From a bacterium (GTDB lineage: Bacteria; Patescibacteriota; Microgenomatia; JAMCZE01): DNA of 64,000 bases. The first letter of the stretch is position 1, and each line of letters starts with the position of its first letter. The DNA lies in assembly GCA_021836035.1 (NCBI GenBank), contig JAKBJL010000003.1, forward strand, positions 132,135 through 196,134, read 5' to 3'. Below, one piece after another: positions 48,206 to 55,889 of this stretch. The notes under the pieces were generated by a model, which made no database searches, was not told where the DNA came from, and saw only the letters and a program-made list of their open reading frames with translations. A program made the translations under genes and the position numbers.

Positions 48206-48940
48206 TTATATTGTACCTATCCGCTCGGCTTTTGATAAGTCTTTCATAGAACCCCGGAATAAGGCTAAGTTGTAGTACTTGGTAAATTGAGTAAGTTTTT
48301 GGATTTGTTCTTCCTGCGGTTCTGTAGGAAACCATTTATTGGTGTTAATTGTTTTTGAGATTTCCGATTCCTGGGTCCGGACTAATATCCAGAAATCTTC
48401 AGTATCAACGCAAGCCATTAAGGGGGGATTTTCTGGCCGGGGATGATAGACAGAACCAAAAGCGTCTGAATAGCTTGGAGGTCTTGGGGAAACATGGGAA
48501 TGGATGGAAAGACCAGCCCGGTTTTTGGCGTTAAGTTTCGAACTGTCAAAATACGCAGAATCCGGTAAGCCTTGTAACGGTAGTGTCACGCCCAAGTTAC
48601 CTGCTTCATCGGAAGTGACAAGAACGCCCCACTCCGTATTAATCATTTTTCCAAGCTGTTCTTGCTCGTCAAGATAACCAAGAATTTGTTGGTAGTACGG
48701 ACTGGCTTTATCCACCTTGCCTTCGAGATTTTCCCGGACCTGCTGGGGGGAAAGCGGCTTTTCCCCAGTTAACTTAAGGATATCTCTAACCTGGTTTTGG
48801 ACAATAATTGGAATTACAAACTCTGATGGTAATTCAGACAGGCTGGGTTTACCTTCAAATGCGGCTTTGGTTATCCAAACACCTAGATCATTGTTCTTAG
48901 GAGTAAGTTCTCTCGATTCCTGTGCCCCCGGTTCAGCCAT
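48206..48940 (-). CDS. hypothetical protein
   Basis: 244-aa ORF. Confidence 0.45.
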   Translation of the reverse strand: MAEPGAQESRELTPKNNDLGVWITKAAFEGKPSLSELPSEFVIPIIVQNQVRDILKLTGEKPLSPQQVRENLEGKVDKASPYYQQILGYLDEQEQLGKMINTEWGVLVTSDEAGNLGVTLPLQGLPDSAYFDSSKLNAKNRAGLSIHSHVSPRPPSYSDAFGSVYHPRPENPPLMACVDTEDFWILVRTQESEISKTINTNKWFPTEPQEEQIQKLTQFTKYYNLALFRGSMKDLSKAERIGTI

Positions 48941-49124
48941 ATATTCCTATTTTACCAGAGAAGAACTGTCAGAGAGTTTTTAACCAGGAGACAACCTTGG
49001 TGAACGAGGTTTTTCCGGAAGCGATTTGGGCTCCGATAACTGCCAACAGGCCGCCGATAATAAAGGGCACAGTTATTCTTTCACCAAGAAGAAGGACTGC
49101 CAGAATGATCGTGGCTACGGGTTG

Positions 49125-49195
49125 CAGGGATGCCAGGATTCGAACCTGGAAAAGCAGTTTTGGAGACTGCTGTGATACCATTTCACCACATCCCT
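49125..49195 (-). tRNA. tRNA-Trp (anticodon CCA)
   Basis: Cloverleaf folded by hand: acceptor AGGGATG/CATCCCT, D-stem GTGA/TCAC, anticodon stem GCAGT/ACTGC, loop CTCCAAA, T-arm CCAGG-TTCGAAT-CCTGG, discriminator G; CCA not encoded. Confidence 0.8.
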
Positions 49196-49245
49196 AACCA
49201 ACGTATTTTATCATTTTTAACGTTTTTTGGATTACCACCTCGGGA

Positions 49246-49476
49246 TTATTTAATTTTCCTTAAATCGATTAATTGTGCCGGGTCAGTAGATGCTTCGCGG
49301 ACAGATGCGGAAAGAAAGTTAAGTACTTTTCCCATTCTTTGCCGAAGTCCCCGGTTTGATTTATTTTCAGAAACATCACCACAATGGTCACAAATATATT
49401 CAGGCGGGAGATTTCCGCCGTGTTCTGCTTTACAACCCTCGCAATTGTTAATTATTCTTACTGCCATTGATATCAC
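49246..49476 (-). CDS. small zinc-ribbon protein (two CxxC pairs); weak resemblance to ribosomal protein L33
   Basis: MAVRIINNCEGCK…YICDHCGD. Confidence 0.3.
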   Translation of the reverse strand: MISMAVRIINNCEGCKAEHGGNLPPEYICDHCGDVSENKSNRGLRQRMGKVLNFLSASVREASTDPAQLIDLRKIK

Positions 49477-49501
49477 CTCCGCTCTTTTCTTATAACGATT
49501 A

Positions 49502-49783
49502 TTAATCGTTTAAAACGATTGGCTCACCGCCGGGAAAAGGAAAGACACCAACTCCTTCTTTTAACGTTTCTTCAGGCGGCAAAGAGACCCCTTCTAAAGA
49601 TAATGAACCAAGCCTTTTGGATTCCTTCAGTTTACAACCGGTTCTAAATTTTCTTTCCGCCCTAACTTTATTTGGCTGGCGGTCTCCGTGAACATCAGCC
49701 CGAACAACTTTATTCCTATTTATACCCATACCCTGATGGGCCGGTAATTTCTCAACTTCAGAAAACGATTCCATATTTACCAT
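49502..49783 (-). CDS. small basic hypothetical protein
   Basis: 93-aa ORF co-oriented with tRNA-Trp. Confidence 0.3.
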   Translation of the reverse strand: MVNMESFSEVEKLPAHQGMGINRNKVVRADVHGDRQPNKVRAERKFRTGCKLKESKRLGSLSLEGVSLPPEETLKEGVGVFPFPGGEPIVLND

Positions 49784-50159
49784 AGTATATTCACCTCCTT
49801 AACGACCCTTGTCATTAAAAAACCTGATTCCCCTGCTTCTTTGCTGCAGCGTTTCTAAGGCCGGTTGACGGGTTAGGACGGCGGAGGAGACAGAAGTGCT
49901 GCGCACGGATAACCGAATTTTCCGCGACCCCGTACAGTTGGCTGGACCGGTTGATTTTATAATGAATTTCGTTTAAGTTCATTGGCCTAATAACCTTTAA
50001 AAATAAAAATACCGCAACTCACCCACTCGGATAGACTGGGGAATTGCGGGACAGTCTGTAATTCCTTGCCCTTTCCTTTTATTTATATGATTTTAGAAGC
50101 TGAGTTTAGAGCTTGTCAAGGGTGAAAATGGGCTAGGGATCTGTTAAAATTAAAATATT

Positions 50160-50244
50160 GCCGCAGTGGTGAAATGGTATACACGAAGGTCTCAAAAACC
50201 TTTGGGTGTAAAAACCCGTGTCGGTTCGACTCCGACCTGCGGCA
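50160..50244 (+). tRNA. tRNA-Leu (anticodon CAA), type II long variable arm
   Basis: Acceptor GCCGCAG/CTGCGGC, anticodon stem AAGGT/ACCTT, loop CTCAAAA, variable arm TGGGTGTAAAAACCCGTG, T-arm GTCGG-TTCGACT-CCGAC, discriminator A. Confidence 0.8.
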
Positions 50245-50297
50245 CAAATTATTTTTTGCTTTTTGTTTTTATATTGATTTAAGTACTTTCATTTTAA

Positions 50298-51272
50298 TTG
50301 TTCATGCTTACACTACGACAAATTTACGAACTGGCGATTAAAAAGGGGATAGAAGCAGATCCGCGGGGGAAGGCTGGGGTGGCAAAATATCTCGCGCGCC
50401 AACTGCGGGAATATCAAGAACTCCCGGAAAAACAGCAAAAGGATTTTGATAAGGAATCGTTAAAAAATCCCTATGCCGATTCCCGGATATTGTTAGGCAA
50501 ACCGGATTTAAAAGTGGATAAGATTATGGCCGGGATTGATATTACATCCGCGGAAGTGACCCTGGCATACCTTTTAAACGAAAAGTCCCCGCGGAAAACT
50601 ATTGATCTTCTGCTTTCTCACCATCCTGTCGGCGGCGGTTATGCCGGGCTCCATGAAGTAATGGACCTACAGGTAGATATGCTGGCAAATTACGGTGTCC
50701 CGATAAATGTCGCGGAACAAATTCTCCATGAACGGGTTGAGGAAGTCCAGCGGAGTATTTCGCCGCGCAACCATAACCAGACGGTCGACGCCGCCCGGCT
50801 TTTAAATTTTGCCCTGATGTGTACCCATACGATTACCGACAATTTAGTTTATAAGTTCCTGGTTAAACTTTTCACCCAACATGAAGTGGATACGGTCCGG
50901 GAAGTAATGGATTTACTTTTAACAGTTCCGGAATACCGGGAGGCCAAGTTAGGTAAAGCCGGACCATTGATCTTTGCAGGCAGTGAGAAGAACAGGGCGG
51001 GAAAAGTTGCTCCTCTGGAAATCACCGGCGGGACGGAAGGTTCCCCGCAAATTTACGAAAAAATGGCAGCCGCCGGAATCGGGACGATTGTCGGGATGCA
51101 TGCTTCGGAAGAACACCGCAAAGAATGCGCCAAATACCATATGAATATGGTCGTTGCCGGGCATATGTCCTCTGATAGTTTAGGGATGAATTTATTGCTA
51201 GATGAATTGGAGAAAAAGGGGATAGAGATTGTAGTTTGTTCCGGGTTAATCCGGATTTCGCGAAATAAATAG
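50298..51272 (+). CDS. Nif3-family (YqfO/YbgI-like) dinuclear-metal-centre protein
   Basis: DLLLSHHPV and a C-terminal VVAGHMSSD reminiscent of the HHP…GHY(A/E)(S/T)E motifs. Confidence 0.45.
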   Translation: MFMLTLRQIYELAIKKGIEADPRGKAGVAKYLARQLREYQELPEKQQKDFDKESLKNPYADSRILLGKPDLKVDKIMAGIDITSAEVTLAYLLNEKSPRKTIDLLLSHHPVGGGYAGLHEVMDLQVDMLANYGVPINVAEQILHERVEEVQRSISPRNHNQTVDAARLLNFALMCTHTITDNLVYKFLVKLFTQHEVDTVREVMDLLLTVPEYREAKLGKAGPLIFAGSEKNRAGKVAPLEITGGTEGSPQIYEKMAAAGIGTIVGMHASEEHRKECAKYHMNMVVAGHMSSDSLGMNLLLDELEKKGIEIVVCSGLIRISRNK

Positions 51273-51284
51273 ATTATTTTAACT

Positions 51285-51442
51285 TAAGGGTCCTAGCAAC
51301 CAGCAGCCCCATTCAAGCTATTTTGTTCATACGAACAGCTTGGTCACTTTCTTTTTAGATGAAGGCCTTCTCTTCTTGCGAAAGAAGGGGGGTTCATCCG
51401 CTTAACGGGGCTCCCCGCCTGTTGCCACCCTTTCTAAAACCA
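51285..51442 (+). repeat. intergenic inverted-repeat element, copy B, immediately upstream of efp
   Basis: TAAGGGTCCTAGCAACCAGCAGCCCC … GCGAAAGAAGGGGGG … GGGGCTCCCCGCCTGTTGCCACCCTTTCTAAAACC; closest match to copy A. Confidence 0.55.
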
Positions 51443-51465
51443 AAGTAATCAGATAAAATCGGATT

Positions 51466-52026
51466 ATGGTTGAAGTAACACAACTGCGAGCTGGGACGGT
51501 TTTTGAATTTGAGGGTGCCCCCTATGCGGTCCTGAGGTACGAACATGTCAAAATGGGCCGGGGAACGGCGACGATTAAGGTAAAAATCAGAAACCTTAAA
51601 AGCGGAGCAACGATTGAGAAAGCTTTTATTAACGGCGCCCGGGTTCAGGACATATTTTTAGAAAAGCGCAAAGCAACGTACCTATACAAACAGGGCGACA
51701 GACAGATATTCATGGATACAGATACCTATGAACAATTTGAGGTTCCGCAGGATTTAATCGGAGAACAGGCGAAATTCCTCAAGGAGGGAATGGAAGTTAC
51801 CGTTCAGCTTTATGAAAACCACGCCCTATCGGTACTTTTGCCGCTGAAAGTAATCTTTCGGATAGAGGAAACGGAACCGGGCTTCCGCGGGAATTCAGTC
51901 GCTAATATTTATAAAGAGGCAACTATTGAAACCGGTGCAAGAATCAAGGTTCCCATGTTCATAAATATTGGAGAGCGGGTGTTAGTTAACACTGACACCG
52001 GTGAATATGTGGAAAGAGCAAAGTAG
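51466..52026 (+). CDS. efp: elongation factor P
   Basis: 186 aa with the EF-P N-terminal KOW-like domain (…GRGTATIKVKIRNLKSG…) and two OB domains. Confidence 0.9.
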   Translation: MVEVTQLRAGTVFEFEGAPYAVLRYEHVKMGRGTATIKVKIRNLKSGATIEKAFINGARVQDIFLEKRKATYLYKQGDRQIFMDTDTYEQFEVPQDLIGEQAKFLKEGMEVTVQLYENHALSVLLPLKVIFRIEETEPGFRGNSVANIYKEATIETGARIKVPMFINIGERVLVNTDTGEYVERAK

Positions 52027-52077
52027 ATTATTAGAATTTAGGTTACCTGCGGTTGACACCCTCGTAAAACTAAGGAA

Positions 52078-52536
52078 TTATTTCAATAACCAAAAGAGAA
52101 AAATGGCCAGAACTATCAGCTGGGTTATTACACCCCAGGGGGCTTGCGCCCGGGAATCATAGAAAAGATCATGCGCCCAATGTTGACTTCGGTATACCCA
52201 GGTGAAGGGAGGGAAATGCCACTTAAAGAACATATGCGGGATTTCCAGCCAATCTGGAGATTGAGCTACCAGCGAACCTAGCATAACGTTCAGCGGACTT
52301 TGTTTACCCCAATAGACAAAGAAAAAATAAGCGATAAATAAGCCCAGGAGTGCGTCTATGCCTGCCTCCGTCATGAGACGGAACCGGGACTTGTTTTTAT
52401 AGTTGACCATGGGATCCCAATGGGGAAGTTTATCGCCCAGATAATGGCTAAGCAAAGCTAAGGGTAAGGCGATCCGGAGGTCGGGAATTTTAGTAGCAAT
52501 TACTGCTCCTACGATTGAGTGTGCGGTTGCTGTCAC
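52078..52536 (-). CDS. membrane-bound metal-dependent hydrolase-like protein (YdjM/DUF457-like)
   Basis: Multi-TM with His/Asp-rich loops (SHYLGDKLPHWD…HWAHD). Confidence 0.35.
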   Translation of the reverse strand: MTATAHSIVGAVIATKIPDLRIALPLALLSHYLGDKLPHWDPMVNYKNKSRFRLMTEAGIDALLGLFIAYFFFVYWGKQSPLNVMLGSLVAQSPDWLEIPHMFFKWHFPPFTWVYRSQHWAHDLFYDSRAQAPWGVITQLIVLAIFLFWLLK

Positions 52537-52631
52537 AAAGTCTATGCTATACTAAATTTCAGTCGCTAATTTTTAAGTATAAACCCGGAAAGCAAGGGGG
52601 TCAACCCACTGGGCTTGCCGGGGGTTTCTGC

Positions 52632-53894
52632 GGCATGGAGATAATTAGACGTGTAGCTATTATTGACGTTCTGAGAAATGCCCGTTTCCGTTTTCTCTGG
52701 TTTGCTCAGGCCAGTTCCCAAATCGGTATCAATATTTTGACCTTTGCCCTGGCTCTTCGGATTTACGAACTAACCCACAAAAATACTGCCGTTTCGATAT
52801 TGGCTTTAACCGTTGCCATTCCGGCTTTACTTTTCGGAGCTGTCGCGGGAACTTTAGTGGATCGCTATGACAAAAAAATGGTTCTGTTTTTCTGCAACCT
52901 TTCCCGGGCAGTGGCGGTTTTGGGTTTTCTTTTAACCCGCGAATCTATATTTTTTATTTATCTTTTGTTAATCGCCATTTCTGTTATCACTCAGTTTTTT
53001 GTCCCGGCGGAAGCGCCGACAATCCCGCTTTTGGTGGAGAAAGAAGATTTGCTTTCCGCTAACGGTACCTTTACTTTAACAATTTTTGCGACCATGCTTG
53101 CCGGGGGATTGCTGGCCGGTCCGCTACTTGATCTTATCGGTATCGACCGAACCTTTCTTTTTATCGCGCTACTTTTTGGGTTAGCATCTTATTTCATTTC
53201 CCGGTTACCGGGACAAACCGCCCTTTCTTTTTTGCAAAGAAGGAGCCGCAATTTTCATCCGGAGGACATTTTTGTAGCTTTAGAAAACGGCTGGATGTCC
53301 CGGTTGAAACAGGAATTTTATGAGGGTATCGATTTCTTACGTTCGCACAGGAAAGTGCGTACGGCGTTACTCATCCTCGTCGGGTCGCAAACGGTAGTCG
53401 CTTCTATTTCCAGCTTATTACCGGGTTTCGCCGACCAGGTGGTTAAAATTCCCATTAATGACGCCTCAGTATTTTTATTGGGTCCGGCAATTTTAGGCAT
53501 TATTTCCGGAGCTCTTTTTGTTTCCCAATTCGGCCATTTCCTTTCCCGCGATAAAATAATCAATAGCGGTATTTTTTGTGTCGGCTTGTTTCTCCTGCTT
53601 TTAGGGTGGGGTAGGACAGTCGGCTTGGCTCAATTTTTTCTTTTTGCTCTCGGTTTTTCCAATGCCTTAATTGATGTTACTTCCAACACCGCCCTTCAGG
53701 AAGGAACGACAGAGGCGGTCCGGAGCCGGGTTTACGGCGTTTTAACTTCGCTGGGCGGTGCTTTTTTTATTCTGCCGATTATATTTTCCGGTATTCTCTC
53801 AGATATTTTAGGTGTCGGGGAGGTATTGATGATCTTCGGAGGGTTGATAATCGTTGTTTGGCTGGTTAAAATCGGGAAAGTCCGGCTTTTATGA
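52632..53894 (+). CDS. MFS transporter
   Basis: 12 TM helices; probable start MEIIRR at 52632 (the ORF track starts at 52515). Confidence 0.7.
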   Translation, partial: GMEIIRRVAIIDVLRNARFRFLWFAQASSQIGINILTFALALRIYELTHKNTAVSILALTVAIPALLFGAVAGTLVDRYDKKMVLFFCNLSRAVAVLGFLLTRESIFFIYLLLIAISVITQFFVPAEAPTIPLLVEKEDLLSANGTFTLTIFATMLAGGLLAGPLLDLIGIDRTFLFIALLFGLASYFISRLPGQTALSFLQRRSRNFHPEDIFVALENGWMSRLKQEFYEGIDFLRSHRKVRTALLILVGSQTVVASISSLLPGFADQVVKIPINDASVFLLGPAILGIISGALFVSQFGHFLSRDKIINSGIFCVGLFLLLLGWGRTVGLAQFFLFALGFSNALIDVTSNTALQEGTTEAVRSRVYGVLTSLGGAFFILPIIFSGILSDILGVGEVLMIFGGLIIVVWLVKIGKVRLL

Positions 53895-54952
53895 AACCAC
53901 TAATTGCTTTCGGTGGAACGGTTTTACCCACATTCGGTATAGCTTTAGCCCTGGCATTTGTCGCCGGTTTTTTCCTGCTCTGGAAAACAGCGCGGAAAGA
54001 GGGGTTTAACGAGGAAAAGATTATCGATATGTTGCTTCTGGCCGTTTTTACGGCTCTCGTTGCCGGGAGAGCTTTTTATATTCTCTTTAACCCTTTTGTT
54101 TTTACCGGTGACCCCGGTCGCTGGTTTTTACTGATTAAGTATCCGGGAATTTCCTTTTTCGGCAGCCTGATCACGGGTATTTCCGTTCTCTTTCTTGCGG
54201 CTAAAGCGGAGAAATTAGAAACCGGTAAAATTTTAGATTTATTCGCTCTTCCCATGACTTTCGCGACGGCGATCGGTTTTGTGGGCTGTTTCTTGAATGG
54301 TTGTTTTCTGGAAAACAAGTTAGCAACGCTACCGTTATATCTGGCGTTTCTGTTTCTCTTTCTTTTCACCGTCCAGTATTTTCTATGGAAAAGAGTAACC
54401 TTGACTCCGGATATCCGGGAAATTATAGACAAGCCCGGAGCCCTTGCCATGTTTTATTTAATCTTGATCAGTATAATTAACGTCCTACTTGAAAAAAATA
54501 CAGGAAGCAGGCTATACTTGCTTTGGCTGATATTTCTTAGCGTTTCTTTTTTAGTATTCCTAATCAGCTTTCATAAATTAGTCAGAACTATGGTCAAGTT
54601 CCCGCAAACCGTGTTAGTCCAGATTAAGCAGTATCTTGAAGACCGCCGGGCGCAGACGGAACATCGTTTGGCGGATCTGAAAACGGAAGACCCGTTTGCT
54701 GATCAAAGCCGCCTGACAGATAATGCTGCCGACGATACGGAAGCGCATGAAAAAGCCGGGCATGAAAGAACCCAAGCTTTAATTGCCCAGTTAAATACGG
54801 TTCTTATTCAGACTCGCAAAGCTCTGACTAAAATTAAAATCGGTAAATACGGCACCTGCGAAAGATGCGGCAAAATGATTGATACCGACCGGCTGGCGGC
54901 CATACCGACGGCTACGCTCTGCTTAAGCTGCGAAAAAAAGAAAGAAAAGTAA
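53891..54952 (+). CDS. lgt: Lgt-like prolipoprotein diacylglyceryl transferase membrane domain fused to a C-terminal DksA/TraR-type C4 zinc finger
   Basis: The N-terminal ~270 aa aligns with Lgt (IAFGGTVLPTFG…, GRAFYILFNPF…DPGRWF…SFFGSLITG, …LNGCFLENK); the C-terminal ~90 aa has …ALTKIKIGKYGTCERCGKMIDTDRLAAIPTATLCLSC (C-x2-C-x17-C-x2-C). Confidence 0.55.
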   Translation: MKPLIAFGGTVLPTFGIALALAFVAGFFLLWKTARKEGFNEEKIIDMLLLAVFTALVAGRAFYILFNPFVFTGDPGRWFLLIKYPGISFFGSLITGISVLFLAAKAEKLETGKILDLFALPMTFATAIGFVGCFLNGCFLENKLATLPLYLAFLFLFLFTVQYFLWKRVTLTPDIREIIDKPGALAMFYLILISIINVLLEKNTGSRLYLLWLIFLSVSFLVFLISFHKLVRTMVKFPQTVLVQIKQYLEDRRAQTEHRLADLKTEDPFADQSRLTDNAADDTEAHEKAGHERTQALIAQLNTVLIQTRKALTKIKIGKYGTCERCGKMIDTDRLAAIPTATLCLSCEKKKEK

Positions 54953-55009
54953 ATAAATCAATAATTACAATCCCCAGCCCCTTTACTAATCACCAGTTCC
55001 CAATAGCCA

Positions 55010-55085
55010 ATCTTTAATTTCCGGCTTTAGTTATTGGTTATTGGTAGTATTGGATATTGGTAATTGATAATATTGGTCATTGGGT
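55010..55085 (+). repeat. tandem degenerate heptamer repeats (T)ATTGGT ×6-7 overlapping the rluA-family start region
   Basis: ttattggttattggtagtattggatattggtaattgataatattggtcattgg. Confidence 0.5.
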
Positions 55086-55101
55086 CCCGGATTTATTGTT
55101 T

Positions 55102-55872
55102 ATGGATATTCCGATTATTTACGAGGATGAAGTTATGCTGGTGATTGATAAACCAGCGGGGATGATAGTGAACAGAGCGGAAACAACAGCCGGAGCGGAG
55201 ACGGTACAGGATTGGGCGGAACGAAGACTGGGAATTAAAAAAGAGCTAAAGGTAGTGGGTAATGGGGCAAAAGACATGAAGAGAAAAAGGGGAGATTGGG
55301 ATACGAAAAAAGAATTTGAAGAGAGGACGGGGATAGTGCACCGGCTGGATAAAGATACCTCGGGATTGTTGGTTATTGCCAAAACCACAGAAGGGTTTGC
55401 TGGTTTAAAAGCGCAATTTAAAGAAAGAGCCGCGGTAAAAAAATATCTGGCCCTGGTACACGGGAAAGTGGAACCGGCGGAGGGAGAGATAAAAGCGCCA
55501 ATCGAAAGGAACCCGTTTAATAGAATGCACTTTGGGGTATTTCCCGGGGGAAGGGAAGCGGTAACAGGCTATCATGAAATTGCGAATTATCGAAATGCTA
55601 ATTGCCAATTATCATTGCTGGAGGTGCAACCGCATACCGGGAGGACGCATCAGATTAGAGTACATTTGAAATATATTAATCATCCGGTCGTTTCAGATCC
55701 GATTTATGGAGGCAGAAAAAATTTACAGGAGGACAGAAAATTTTGCCCGCGGCTTTTTTTACATGCGGCATTTCTCCGGATTAAAAATCCGGGAAGCGGA
55801 GAAATGCAGGAATTCCAGTCCGAGCTACCCTTCGAACTTGCTGACGCCTTAGGAAAACTGCAGAAGATTTGA
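55102..55872 (+). CDS. RluA-family 23S rRNA/tRNA pseudouridine synthase
   Basis: VIDKPAGMIV, catalytic HRLDKDTSGLLV; probable start MDIPIIY at 55102. Confidence 0.8.
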   Translation: MDIPIIYEDEVMLVIDKPAGMIVNRAETTAGAETVQDWAERRLGIKKELKVVGNGAKDMKRKRGDWDTKKEFEERTGIVHRLDKDTSGLLVIAKTTEGFAGLKAQFKERAAVKKYLALVHGKVEPAEGEIKAPIERNPFNRMHFGVFPGGREAVTGYHEIANYRNANCQLSLLEVQPHTGRTHQIRVHLKYINHPVVSDPIYGGRKNLQEDRKFCPRLFLHAAFLRIKNPGSGEMQEFQSELPFELADALGKLQKI

Positions 55873-55889
55873 TACACTACTAGTAAAGC

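Noticed and set aside
48969-49181. 70-aa single-TM minus-strand ORF downstream of tRNA-Trp as SecE
   Set aside because: It overlaps the tRNA by 57 nt. The motif order (TM first, KVVSW-like after) is the reverse of SecE. It is probably spurious.
49246-49476. Calling the zinc-ribbon ORF ribosomal protein L33
   Set aside because: The N-terminal VRI…C..CK resembles bL33, but the central KNKRNTPxKLEL segment is missing and a long C-terminal tail is added. It is left as a zinc-ribbon hypothetical.
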